Source: Bigelowiella natans CCMP2755
Taxonomy: Eukaryota; Protista; Cercozoa
Length of the DNA stretch: 38,838 nucleotides
Direction of reading: 5' to 3'
Assembly (NCBI GenBank): GCA_000320545.1
Contig: ADNK01002937.1
Span: forward strand, 1 to 38,838
The notes below the pieces were generated by a model that was not told the origin of the DNA, made no database searches, and saw only the letters and a program-made list of their open reading frames with translations. The position numbers and the translations under genes were made by a program. The first letter of the stretch is position 1; every line of letters starts with the position of its first letter. Below, one piece after another: positions 23,556 through 36,148 of the stretch.

Positions 23556-24468
23556 TGTATCGGTCATCGTTGCAAATTTCGGCGATTGAGTGCGGTGTTA
23601 GTGGAGAGGTGTGCTTCTTCTTCTTCTTCTTCTCCCTTCTTCTCCTGTCTTTGTTTTATTTCCAGTGGCATGCAGCCCCATCGATCATCAGCCTCACCAC
23701 CACCACCACCACCACCACCACCACCAGCCCCGATTGGTACTACTACACACGAATGCGCACTACCTCTTTTCCGACACAGTCCATTCAAGTAGCATATGGA
23801 TGCAAGCGTCGTACTCCTTCTTACCTGTCCAAGATGTAAGAATCACAACAACGGTTATCAATGATGAGCCATCGGCATGGTAGTGAGGAGGAGCGACTCA
23901 AAATTGGGTGTATTCGCTTCGTCTTCTCAGTCTCATTTTGGCCTTACTTGATGTGTAAACTTGCTGCAGCTGCGAGCAGATCTTCCTCACAATATCTGGA
24001 CGATTCTAAAAACGGCACGGAAAGAGACATGGTGACCATCCCACCCAGAAATACGTCATTAAAATGAATACACACCCAACCCACCCTCCCTCCCTCCCCT
24101 CTTAGAAACCAGCAGCGAGCATGCGCGTCGTCGTACGTTTGAGTAATGCGGCGATGTGTCCAAGAGCCGCAGCATCTTGTACTTGGCTACGCGTCGCATG
24201 ATCGAAGCCGATGATTCTGGCACTTGCAGCGACTCACAGAGCGATGGAGTCGAGGTCATCAGCGACGATAGCGTGGTGGCATCTGCAACGCCATCGTTGT
24301 CCTTTCGCCGTTGCTGATTCTCCCAAACCGAGAATGGGACGTTCCCGAAGGCCATCGACAAGTACCGCATTATATCCTGAGAAAGGAGGAGGAGGAGGAG
24401 GAGAAGAAGAAGAAGAAGAAGAAGAAGAAGAAGAGAGCAGCAGTTAATAGCACGAATGCACTTGCACA

Positions 24469-24504
<36 letters not shown>

Positions 24505-24871
24505 ACACACGCACACACATAGGCTCCTCCTACCGTGAACGCCTACATGACTGGCCTGCGGAAAACTACACTTAAAAACGGTATATAGATTATGTCCACC
24601 TTCGCCAAAGCGGGGAGATTATAATGAGGTTGGTCGCTGCTGCTGCTCCTATGGGAGGACTTCGAATAATAGTGCCGCGATTTGGAATCCTGAGCGTATG
24701 ATGCATCCCCCCCCCCCCCCACGACTGTACTTAAAGCATATCTGGCGGCATGCCAACCAGATCTTAGCGCTCAGCTCGCTCGAAAGCGTGAGTTCTGGGA
24801 GGAGCATTGAGGCCAGGGGAAGAACAAACGCGAGTGCATTGGGCGAAGCCCGTTGCGACGTACCTTTTTTA

Positions 24872-24914
<43 letters not shown>

Positions 24915-25106
24915 TATAAATAGAAGCAACGGCATGGGGATGGGTGCACATCGAAGCAGCAGCTCCTTTCTTCGATTTGGACGACGACGACGGCGGTATA
25001 CCACCTTGCAGCCACATCGCGTCGGTGACCCGTTTTAGCACCATAGATCGAGAAAGAAGACCCTCTTCCATTTGCCACGACAACAGCCTAGCAATGAAAA
25101 ACAAGC

Positions 25107-25186
<80 letters not shown>

Positions 25187-25486
25187 CTCCACCCCCCCTC
25201 CCCAAAAACAGTTCTGTCGTCGTCGCATCATCCGTCTTCCTGGACTGCTTGTTGTTGCAGGAGCTAAACACTATTCACCTTGAAAAGCGCGTCCATCTTG
25301 AGAGTGTTGGGTGACTAATACCAACACCAACACTGCTGCTACCGCTGCTGCTACTGATGTGAGCGCTATCACGCCATTGCTACACACAGTACACAGAAAA
25401 GAATTCCCAAACAGAACGACCGGTCAGTGGAAGAAGTGATACACTGTTCGCCGAAGGCGTCGAAAGTTTTGATTAATCTTCTTCAT

Positions 25487-25518
<32 letters not shown>

Positions 25519-27094
25519 GAGGAGGAGGAGGAGGAGGCGGAGGAAGAAGAATCAATTTATCATCAGATAGACACCTTGGCTGCGCGACGTGGATCAGGTT
25601 TGTTCACGAGCCTCAGTAGCGTGTCAGCGTACTCCATGACGTCCTTCGTCCACTCGCGTTTCAACTGCTTTGCCCCCTGGGAGGGGAGAGAGACGTTGTG
25701 ATGTGTGAGAAGATGATGGAAGGAAAGCGAATAAGGAAATCGAAGAAGTAGAGGATACAGAGCTTTCCCAACTAGGAGGGAAGAGGGAATTTTACTTTGT
25801 CACGCAAAAACGAAGGTAACCGTACGTTTTTGCCGGCAGTCCAAGTGCGTGCAACTAGAGCACCCCTTCACCTCCACTATTACTGCTTCTACGACTACTC
25901 CTCCTCCCCCCCCCCTCCCTTTCCTCCTATACTACTTCTACAACTGCTACCTCAGATGAAGAGCGACTTCCGAATCGACCCTGGTGATGAACCAAAAATC
26001 CAACAATAGCACAGTTGTGTCAGTCAGCATCCTATTTATTCATACCCCCCCGCGAAGGAGCGTGGAGCTAGGCGAAGTACCTTATCTGACGCTTTGCGTT
26101 TCATTTGATTCACGTACAGCACTTTGATCAGCCACGTACACCGAAGGAGGCTGATGTCTCTTTTGCAGATTTCGTCCAACAGAGACCTGGTGTTTTCACG
26201 TGGTGACCTGGAGCTATCACACAGCCTGTTGTATAGGATATTACTGTGACCGACAGGATGTGGAACAACTGCAGCTGCTGTTTGTCTTTGATGACTACGA
26301 AAACGCACAGCGACCGAGGTGTGGCTAACCCATTCCCGTTTATTAGTTTGCGAGCTTAGCACTTGAAACTAACACAAACGACACATGGAGGAAACGAGAA
26401 TGGGGAATCATCGATGGTGCTCGGATACCTGCTTGGAATGCTCTCCGCCAATTTATCAAATGGCACCTTTGGGTCTGCGAGGCGGCGGAAGAACCGTTCC
26501 TCGCGCTCCTTATCGCCACTTGCATCGTATTTTATGACAGTTTGCCGACGCTTCTTTGCTCGCCTCAACGGCAAACGTTCGATTCGAGTAAACTAAATAA
26601 TAAAATAATAATATTCTAAGGGAGCAATGCACACGGTGGGATGATGATGAACTCATCGCCGGATTCGTAGTAGCGAAGTTGCAGGGGAAAGGCATTGGCC
26701 GGCTGTAAAATGTAACGACCTCTTTTTGGACAAAGATCCTTTTCTCGCCCATGACGAGGTGTGGATCAATCACCGCATACTCAGTCTGAACAGGATGATA
26801 ATGATGATGATGATGATGTACGTACAACCCAAACTCAGAGGCAGAATCTAGTCTCTCCAAGGGAAAACGAACCCCCTAGACCCTACTTACCTTTTTAAGT
26901 TGAGATGGATAGTGGTAGTAGCCATGTCGGATGTGCCGGGAACCAATATCATTCTCCGTGCACGTAACAGACGGCAAATCGTTGCCGTCGGCGGTAGGCA
27001 AACCTTTTAGCCCACCGATGCCGTAGTCTTCATCATGCATATTTGGCAAGGAGCTGTGGGGATAAGCCGCTGTTAAATAGAATAGCAACCACAA
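15096..27094 (-). CDS. MED12: Mediator kinase-module subunit MED12, about 12 kb multi-exon gene; exact start not resolved (probably 27100-27400)
   Basis: The Med12 domain is split across exons at about 26430-26590 (KEREERFFRRLADPKVPFDKLAESIPS) and 26080-26210 (RSLLDEICKRDISLLRCTWLIKVLYVNQ). These are followed by EWTKDVMEYADTLL and FIARLLSWQMEEGLL, and by C-terminal SLDPWLMQEG (about 15270-15300), all resembling plant-type MED12 blocks. ORFs 20896..21912, 17376..20378, 16089..17282 and 15343..16170 are its large low-complexity exons. The stop at 15096 is tentative. Confidence 0.85.
20420..20535. repeat. Compound (GAT)n microsatellite, representative of dozens of intronic SSRs
   Basis: Long imperfect gat/ggt/att run. 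Similar (TA)n, (CA)n, (CT)n, (GGA)n, (GTA)n and poly-C/G tracts occur throughout 1-6500, 15800-26820 and 31300-38660. Confidence 0.95.
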
Positions 27095-27977
27095 TTATGG
27101 AGAAACCGCAGGAGTGTGGACAACTTCAACAAGACAAAACAGAGCAGCATAGAATTGGCGAGCACTGCCCGTCTTAGCGCGCTCTTCCGATTATGAGTGC
27201 AGTCTGAATCAACTCGTTGGTTTTTTACCCTGTTCAATCCATGGCTTCTTTCTCTTACTTGCGCAGAAGCCGAAGTTCAATCTTCCTCAGCGCCCCCCCC
27301 CACCGTTCGAGCTCCGAAAAAGTTCTTCTGAACCAAACTCGATGAGGCAGTCAGAGTAATGCAAAGGGTTTGCTTTCCCACACTCAGACCTAACGTTGCG
27401 ACTTGGGAGGGTACTTTTCAACATATCACGGTCGAATATATTAATACGACATCACCAAACGCTGATTTTCGGAGAAACAAAGCTTAGGTTCTCGGGAATT
27501 TAATATTCAGATTTTCTAGTGTAAATGACCCAAGCCAGACCCCTTCCAATTTGTTTGAATGCAAATGAAAGTAGCATATTTATGTCAATATTATGGAACA
27601 TTTAAGTGATTTTCTCGCGAATTTTGCACAGCTTTGTTACCCTTTTCCAGTTTTCCCTCTTGGAGTTCTCTGGGAGAGTGCATGCATCCCGGCTGCCAAA
27701 GAAAAACCAAGCGAAGTCTGGAAATCGGAGCCCAAATCCTTGACGATTTATTTTCCCCCCATCCGAATATACATGTCGCATACACAGAACGCACTAGATT
27801 CTTGGGAATTTTGCCATGAAATCCAATCGAAATCAGCCCCATACAAACTCGGATAAACCAGAGCCGTGCGCCGGTCGACCGACGCGCAAGCAAGAAAAGG
27901 CTGACGCAAGGCCAACTGCCTCTCTGTCTCCTTTTAAACTTGTGCCATCATTTAGATAGACTGGCTGAGTATTAATC

Positions 27978-29041
27978 ATGATTCGACTTCCTTTCTGGCG
28001 AGGGCTTCCGCGGTTGGTAGCTCCCTCCTCAGTAGCAAACCAAGCCAACTTACACTTCCGCGTCGTCTTACATCGCAACTTGAGAACAAGGGTGACTCAG
28101 GGTAGACTTCCAGCTGCACTGTTTTCAACGTCGAATGATAGTTCTGCGAAAAACGAAGGCGATGATTCGAAAGCGTTGGAGGAGGCGAAGTCGGGGAGCG
28201 AATTGTCAACAGATGTCGAGGAGGTTCCCGGTGCGCTAGGAATGCCGGCACCTCGTAACACAGAGGACGAGGAGCTTGAAAAACAACTGGTTGGTGGCTA
28301 ATGAATATATTAGTGACTAGTAGAAAGAAATTAACGTCGTCACTAGATTATGTGGGAAAAGGAATGAACCGAATAAACTTCGGAACCTTTTGATGTATGT
28401 TTTTTATAATCTATATGAGACTATCGAAAACTAACAAATGCTACCGCTGCTCGACAAATTCGTCTGTGTTTCGTTGCGATATTTAGTACGTGAAGCCCCC
28501 TGAGAATGCTGTGGAGCACGTTGTCCATGCAACAAAAGAAACATTCAATTATGCTGTTGTAGTTGGAGGCGTAGTTCTTATCGGGGGCTTAGCAGGAACC
28601 CTGTACTACTACCTCTTTTCAAGTTCTGGACCGCAGAAGATATTTGACAACTCGTACCAGCTCGTAAAGATGAATTCGCGAGTAGCCGCGAAAATCGGGA
28701 CTCCAATTGTAGGCAAGCAGGTTTCTCGTCAGAATGGGAGGGTTATGAACTCCATATTTTCTGAGGAATATGAGATCAACGGCCAAATGCACACTAGAAT
28801 AAGATATGTGGTGAAAGGTCCCAGAGGATTAGCAGATATTGATGCAGAGGTACAGAACAACAGTATTATCAAACCTTGCAAGATTTGCGATCTGAACGAT
28901 GACTAATTATAATTTTATGGTTAGGTTGCCATTATCAATGGAAAGACGGAACTCATTGACGTGTTGGCCACATTCGACGATGGATCGTGCTGTCCAATTG
29001 TCGATAAAGGACTTGATTTCGCTTCTGTTCCGTCTTCATGA
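27978..29041 (+). CDS. TIM21: Mitochondrial import inner-membrane translocase subunit Tim21
   Basis: Exons 27978-28289, 28487-28849 and 28925-29041 are joined by phase-0 GT-AG introns. The protein has an Arg-rich presequence and one TM helix (YAVVVGGVVLIGGLAGTLYYYLF), then SSSGPQKIFD...RVAAKIGTPIVG...HTRIRYVVKGPRGLADIDAEV, the Tim21 pattern. Confidence 0.88.
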
Positions 29042-30258
29042 CCAAGTCGGCTGAGAGCGTCGGACCGCGGCCCGGGCGTAGAATCTTGTACGGATATTTG
29101 TTAATCAGTATGAACAATCATGCATCACTGCACGTCCAACATATTTATTCTATCTACGATATATGGATTTGACCCTAACTGTCGTTCGAGCGCTACTAAT
29201 CTGGGCTATACACGAGCATGTTGTTCATGAGTGCCATGTGTGTGCATTATGGGTCACACGCTCTAGCGTTGTACGTACATGATCGATGAAGCATCGACCG
29301 AGGTGGTCCAATTGCGACATCTCGACACGCTAACGATGCGACGCGTGCGTGCGTATGCACAATGCACTGCCATATGCACATTGTAAGTTCATTTTGCATG
29401 TGTGGCTGTATATACACATGCACACATGCTAGCTTAGTAGCGTGCATGCGCTACAAACCCATGCCGCAGCTTTGCACTGCTACACTAGCTAGGATGACCC
29501 TTGAAAAAATGTAATTGTTGTTCAATTACATGTGAATATTGCACATATCTACATCGATATATCGATTCGGATGCAACTGGGCCATGCGGAGCTGCTCACA
29601 CCTCTAGACATGTGCACAAGTTTACATCGATGACACCGCCCGCTCGGCATCAATCCTTGCGCGTCATGCATGTATTTGCTCAGGCTACGTACGAGCGCAT
29701 CATAAATATCCAATCCGCGAAATATCGCCGTGCATGCAGATGCGTTCGGCCGGTGCGAAGCCATACCGTTGTGTAGGTGCAAGTAAAGATAAAGCGCATA
29801 AACACCATATGTAGCGATTACTGATCGACACTGACATGAGGGATGGTGCATGATGCGCTATGAACTACTTTAATACGAAACGACTTCTGATTAGACAGAG
29901 AATGACAACACACGTCGCATACACACGAACGAATCTGCGTCAAGCTTATTGAAACTTCTAATCATATTCTATAGTTGCTGCTGGGACGAGAACGGCCCCT
30001 TTAATATCAATGGGGCAGGGGAGGAAATAAAAGGTCAGATAATGATTAGGCAAGTGCGCAGAGGGGGAGCAGATCGAATAGAGATGATAATGGAAATACT
30101 GCAAGCGAATAAAAAAGCACGCAATGCAAATTCGTAGCAGCATATGGCTTCCCCACACACTCCTCGAAAACGGATAAGCGCAATATCACGAGTGGCAGTG
30201 CGTACTCTGGGACGCCATCATCGCTATATTCATGAGCTATCGCGGAACCAAGGCACAA

Positions 30259-31317
30259 TCAACCTTTTTGCACGGAGTCGTGAGGATGCAGCGCAATCTT
30301 AGATTTCCTGCTGCTCTCCACTCCTTCGGGTGATGAAGAAGAGGTGGAAAGTAGGGTGGGGGATGCTTCTGCAGAAGCGTTGCTCTTGGCGGAAGCTGAA
30401 GCAGCTGCTACCTTGCTAGCTTCTGCTGACTCTGAGGTATCCCTGCTATGATTTTCCCCTTTTCCCTCCTCCTTGCTGACTTGACTGTGAACGTTCCTAA
30501 ACCTTGGCTTGCCATCGGTGTTATTCTTGTTGGAAGGTGTGGAGGCGCTCTTTGTCAATTCTGGCAGCTGCTTCTGATTGCCGCTGCCTTCAGCGTTCTG
30601 TTGCTGGGGCTCCTCCATCACTACAGCCTGGGGAGCACCGCCGTTCGCAGCAGCGTAGTAGCGTGGAAGAAGCCAGTAGTTCTTCGAGGATGGGCTTCCG
30701 TTTTCTGCTGCTTGAGAGAAGAAAGAGGGGGGAGCGCCGGGTGCTAGTCCTGATAGGGAGATGGGGAAAATGGAATGAGAAACAAGACATGAACCATGAA
30801 TATCCCGACCGAATATGCTAGACTAAATCGACATTGTTATGGAAAGTCTCTAAGTGATGCACATCCTCTGTCCCCTCGCCCCTCCTTCTCGATCTCAATT
30901 TGCGACCTGGCCAGGAGATTGGCATGGGAAAGCCTGGAGGGGGGGGCATGAAAGCGACTGGGATCAATTTAGGGGCGTTCGGAGATTTATGGTGCTTCTT
31001 CGCAGTTCCTTCCTTTTCATTCATGTTCTCAACACCCTCGGGCGCTAGATTGACGTTGCCCATCGGCATCATTCCAGGTGGGGGAGGTGGAAAAGCTCCC
31101 ATTGGCATCATAGGTGGTGGCGCCATCATCATACCGGCAGGGGCCACAAAAACGTGTTGCCGCCCTCCTTCGCCAACTTGGCTGCTGCATCGGCTTCTAT
31201 CCCATACATGTTGGCAAAAGCTGACACCGCCGCGGCAGCAGCTGTGTCATGCTTCTTTTTATCGCCTTTCCGGCCCTTACCACCGAACAGGGGGAGAATT
31301 ATATAAATGTGTATTAA

Positions 31318-31359
<42 letters not shown>

Positions 31360-31716
31360 ATCGCCTCCCCCATTCTTTTCTCGAGTATGTATCTATGTTC
31401 TTGAAACAGCATTTAACAACGAACGGCTTTCCTTTTGTCTTCGCCCTACTGAAAGGCTTTCTTCCTCTCCTTTTTTTTCTTCCTCTTCTTCTTGTCATCT
31501 ATAGAAACGCTTCTTTGTCCTTCCTCTTCTTTTTCTTTCTCTTCTTCTTGTCATCTATAGAAACAGCTTCTTTGTCCTTCCTCCCCTCCTACCATCTTTT
31601 TTCTTTTCTTTTCTAAACCCACCTTAATGGCTTGCACGCCCTTCGTTGATGCAGACTCCGTCTCAAGAAATTGAGGAAATGCTGCGATGGATGAATAAAG
31701 TGTTCACGACGCACGA

Positions 31717-31758
<42 letters not shown>

Positions 31759-32381
31759 CCCCCCCTCAATGCACTTTTTAACCATTCATATAAAAACATT
31801 CGTTCTCCATTTAAGTTCACTTTTTTTTCCTTTTTCCTCCTCTTCACTGTACCTGGCTTCAGAGGCTTGTTTGATCCGACTGAAACGGCGGAACTAGGCA
31901 ATGGAGCACGTGGAAAGGCGCCTGGGGGAGGAGGAGCCCCAGCTGCAGCAGCGGCAGCTGCTCCGAGATGCGCTGGGTTTCTGGGATGTGACGAAGAAAT
32001 TGAGTATATATTCATTGGCAGACTCCATTTCTACTCATCGCCGATCTCTCTCTTGATCTCTCTCTTGATCTCTCTCTTCTCTCTCTTTCTCTTGCAATAG
32101 CTATTTCCATCCCCCACTCTTACTCCCCATTCTCAATCATCATTCTACGCAGCGGAAGGGTGTACGTTCCATATGGCCCGGCAATATTTCGGTATCCAGG
32201 GTAAGCGAAGGGAGCCATGGGATGAAACGGATTCACAGCTGTGTCCGCTGTATAAAGTCGCAAGTATGGTGTCAGAGAGGGGAAGTAAGTATATTTGTCA
32301 CATATGCATCATGCGTGTGAGTATTTCGAATGTGAAGCCCAATTATTTAAATTGCGTTTTACGGATAGCAGACACTTCCAT
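30259..32381 (-). CDS. Uncharacterised Pro/Ala/Met-rich low-complexity protein, multi-exon; one junction and the 3' end unresolved
   Basis: Phase-compatible exons MEVSAI|PDTAVNPFHPMAPFAYPGYRNIAGPYGTYTLPL|PHLGAAAAAAAGAPPPPGAFP...KP|AFPQFLETESASTKGVQAIK. Further exons APAGMMMAPPPMMPMGAFPPPPPG...SWP|GLAPGAPPSFFSQ...MEEPQQQ. No domain recognised. Confidence 0.55.
31483..31583. repeat. Intronic direct duplication, about 44 nt in two copies
   Basis: ctcttcttcttgtcatctatagaaac(a)gcttctttgtccttcctc occurs at about 31483-31526 and 31539-31583. Confidence 0.85.
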
Positions 32382-32815
32382 CCACAGGGATGATATTAGC
32401 GCTACTTGCTCGCGAATCAGGCGAATCGGGATTCAATAAATTCGCGAGTTGGTGACGACATTAGAATTGTCTTCATTGTTTGTTTTCCGGAAAATGCCAT
32501 GCTGAGTTTACCGGATAAAAATCCCCCAACTGGACTATTGAATGTATCCAGTGGCAAAACGTAGGTCGGACTCTCCCCACCACCAGAACTCGATCCCTAC
32601 AATGGTAATAGATGCTTAATAGCTGAACAAACAAGGTCCCCAAAACCCTCCCCAGTGTCGAGTCCGTACCGTTTGGAATTTCATAGATAATAGAAGCATC
32701 GTGTACAGAGATAAGCCCATCCGAGACGGTTGGGGCCAGAGTGGGAGCATCGTTTTTCTCGATTCCCGTGCTGAGACGGGGCCGGTACGAGAAGGTTGAT
32801 TCCGTGGGTGGGGAA

Positions 32816-32903
32816 TTCAAAATTATCGAAGCAAATTATTAAATTTTTGAAACGCGCAAAATATTTCTTCGGCGTTCTTAACAGCAGCGGTTTCCCGCCA
32901 AAA
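32816..32903. promoter_or_regulatory. Candidate cell-cycle promoter elements: E2F site plus two CHR-like hexamers
   Basis: TTTCCCGC(CAAA) at 32891-32902 fits the E2F consensus TTTSSCGC. TTTGAA at 32846-32851 and TTCAAA at 32816-32821 match the CHR hexamer. All lie upstream of the cyclin-containing gene. Confidence 0.5.
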
Positions 32904-33174
32904 TAAATTTCCGCACAGTAGTCAATTACGTCTCGGAACACCATTTACCCAGGAAATGAAGGTCGATTCTCTACAAACTGAGCGAGATTGGGTTGATCGG
33001 GTACAGAATCGCGGTCCGCTTCTTCTTCTCGAGAAACGATGTGAAATGATTTGTGTTCCTGGAGGTGCGACAACCTTTTTTTTATGTCGCAAGTACCTAG
33101 TAAAACGCCACATTTTTTCGACGCTCAAAAGGGAAAGGGAGGGGCGGGCAAAAAGAGAGCCTAACTCGTTGGGT

Positions 33175-33580
33175 ATGTCATCTCCATCTGGCCGCAAGCG
33201 TGGACGCTCCACCTACGATGAAAGCGCAGCCGGAAACAATGGCGACGAAAATGCTCGCGAGGAGAACGCAGTTAGATGCAATAACGAGGAGGGAGCGGGC
33301 GGCGGGTCCATGCCGACGGGAGGCGGACAAGCTGTGGCCGCTGGTGACGGAGTAGAAGGGCCATCATCATCGTCATCATCATCATTATCGAACCGTCAAC
33401 AACGAAAGAGACAGAGAATAGAAGGGAAAACAGGGGTGGCGGACAATCAAAGTAGAAGTCCAATGGATGATGACAACGACGATGTTAAAGTACAGTCCGG
33501 AGAAGATCTCTATCACCCCATTGAGGTAATAGATTAAGAATCAGCTGAATCTTCGCCGCATTTTCCAGTGCTCTCAATGC

Positions 33581-33636
<56 letters not shown>

Positions 33637-33692
33637 TAACCCCCCTTCTCATTAATCTGATATATATATACATGTGTATAAATGAAAAAAAA

Positions 33693-33735
<43 letters not shown>

Positions 33736-34158
33736 ATATGTATATATGTATATATCAGAGCAAAGACGCAAAAGAGTACAAGGAACATCAGCACTTTTGC
33801 ATTTCGCACAAAGTCGAGAGACTGAGGCCCAAGGAAAAGCAAGGGGTAAGTGATTGCGACATTCTAGTGCCAGTCATCACGTCTCCGCCCACCCGCTCCC
33901 CTGTCCCTCTTTGCCCCTCTTCAGTCCTTCTATTTACTGACCAAAACAGCACTCGTTCCTCTTTCTCACCTCTCATCGCTATTTGCAATCATGATAGTTA
34001 CGATGATTACGTTGTTGCGCCTTCTACTGTTTCAGCTTCTTTTAGCAAAGCCCGGGTTCAATTACGAGACCAAGGATTTGAGCCAGGGTGACGAGATCTG
34101 CACTTATTGAATACCTCATTTCTGCACGTTTTTGACTAGTAGCAAGCGTTGTTATCTC

Positions 34159-34193
<35 letters not shown>

Positions 34194-34307
34194 CATTCCT
34201 CCTTGATTACTCACCTCCCCTTTCCTTGTACATAGGGACTTGTGTGTCATTCCTTCCAGAAGCCCAATTATGGCTTAACATTGAAGGGCCGTACAGGTTG
34301 AGTGTGC

Positions 34308-34343
<36 letters not shown>

Positions 34344-35302
34344 ACTTGTATGTATGATGACACCCACGTGTCTTATGTATTGGAATTTCCCGTGCGCTTT
34401 GTGGGTTATCAATCCACATATGCTGAATGTAAATGAAACACATATGTGGCGCCACCTTCAGGGCTGCTAAGGCGGAGATGGATGACGAGAAAGACCGATC
34501 CATGATTCTTTGGAGCAATGTAACAAATATGGACATGGAAAGCAAGAATGAGATTAGTAGTAACTTTTTGGTTGTTGTTTCTCTTTCCAACGTTCCACTA
34601 CACCCACCCCCTGCACGCGCCTTTTTTGTCTCTATCAATTGGGGAGGATGATGATGAAATAAATGAAAATACTCTTTCTTCCTTTCCTCAGGAGAAGTTC
34701 ATGCCTGTGCAGATAAAGGACTATACGAGGTAACTTCTTAAACAATACAAGCTTCCACAGTTCCTCCCCCCCCCCCCCCCCTTCTGCTCCCGTCGTTACA
34801 AACTCAAAGTCTGTGCGTGACCGTAAACCTCCTCCTCCTCTTCCAGCTCCCCCTTTTCCTAATTGTCATCAACCAAAACCCTGCAGCACTAAGGACTATC
34901 TGAAAGAAGCTTGGGTGTACCAAATGCTCTTCATCATGAAGGCCTTCCATAAGATGGGCCGTCCGTTCCAGAATATTATCCTCCCTCAGGTAGCTCCTCG
35001 ACGAAAACACAATAATAATCAAATTAGCTTTCTGCCCGCTCTCCTTTCCCCTCTTTCCCCTCCTCCTCCTCCTTGTACGTGGCCTCTTTTCGAAGTACTC
35101 ATTGCAGCGCGCGCGGGGGGGGGCGGCCTAACACAGGTAATGATGACTGGAGGGTACAGCAATGCTACGAGGCGTTATCTGATGATGAAGAATCAGTACT
35201 GTGTCCCTTCACAGCTGTCGCTTCTCTGTAACGACCTCATGAGACTTGGAAACTTCTTCCCTGAAGTAAGTGGAGAAAGAAATTCCTCGAGCGTATGCAT
35301 GG

Positions 35303-35345
<43 letters not shown>

Positions 35346-36114
35346 GTTTGCTATTAGCAGCAGCAGCAGCATCATCATCATCATCATCATCATCACCAGC
35401 AGTAGTAGTGGTAGAATTCGTAGGTTTCTTTTTCAAAGCAATGATGCTGCGCTGCCATGCTGCTAAGAGCTTCAGTGGGGAGAAATTGGAGATCCTTGGA
35501 AACGAGAAATAGAGAGAGAGGGAGGGAGAGAGAGAGAGAGGATGGCGGGAGTGATTGCGGGAGAATTCTAATGGACGGCGATAATGACACAACCGATTAG
35601 GGCGTGAGTTTATTGAGTAAGACCCCACCAGAAGATCTCCTCGGAGACACGAAGCCCAACCCCACAAAGGACCTCTGGAAGGCTGCACTTCTGGTGCGAA
35701 CGAAGGAATGAATGATGACCAGAGAATACTTCGCTCTCCCTCGTCGCAGATGATTCACACACACGCGCGCGCGCGCACACACACACACACACATGCGTTT
35801 GTCCGTGCTGATGAGAAGATAAGAAACTTGACACATTCCTTCCCCGCTGAAACATTACTCCTCCCACTGCGGCTGCTAAACAGATCTACGAGCTTTACAG
35901 CGGGAGTGCCCTTGTGAGAGACGAGGAGACAGACAGCCAATTTGCCCACCTCATGCGCATATTCAAGTTCCTCGGCACGCCAAACGAGAGGACCTGGCCG
36001 GGGGTCACTATGCTCCCGCACTACAATCAGCAATATCCGCAGGTAGCAATCCTGGGAGAGAGAGAGCTCTCGCTGGTCTCCTGCCTCAATAGATGTTTCA
36101 TTGTCTTGCCGTCG

Positions 36115-36148
<34 letters not shown>

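Noticed and set aside
31400-31600. Lys-rich coding-looking text on the - strand (RKDKEAVSIDDKKKRKKK)
   Set aside because: It lies downstream of a GT donor, the second repeat copy shifts frame into a stop, and it is best read as purine-rich intron.
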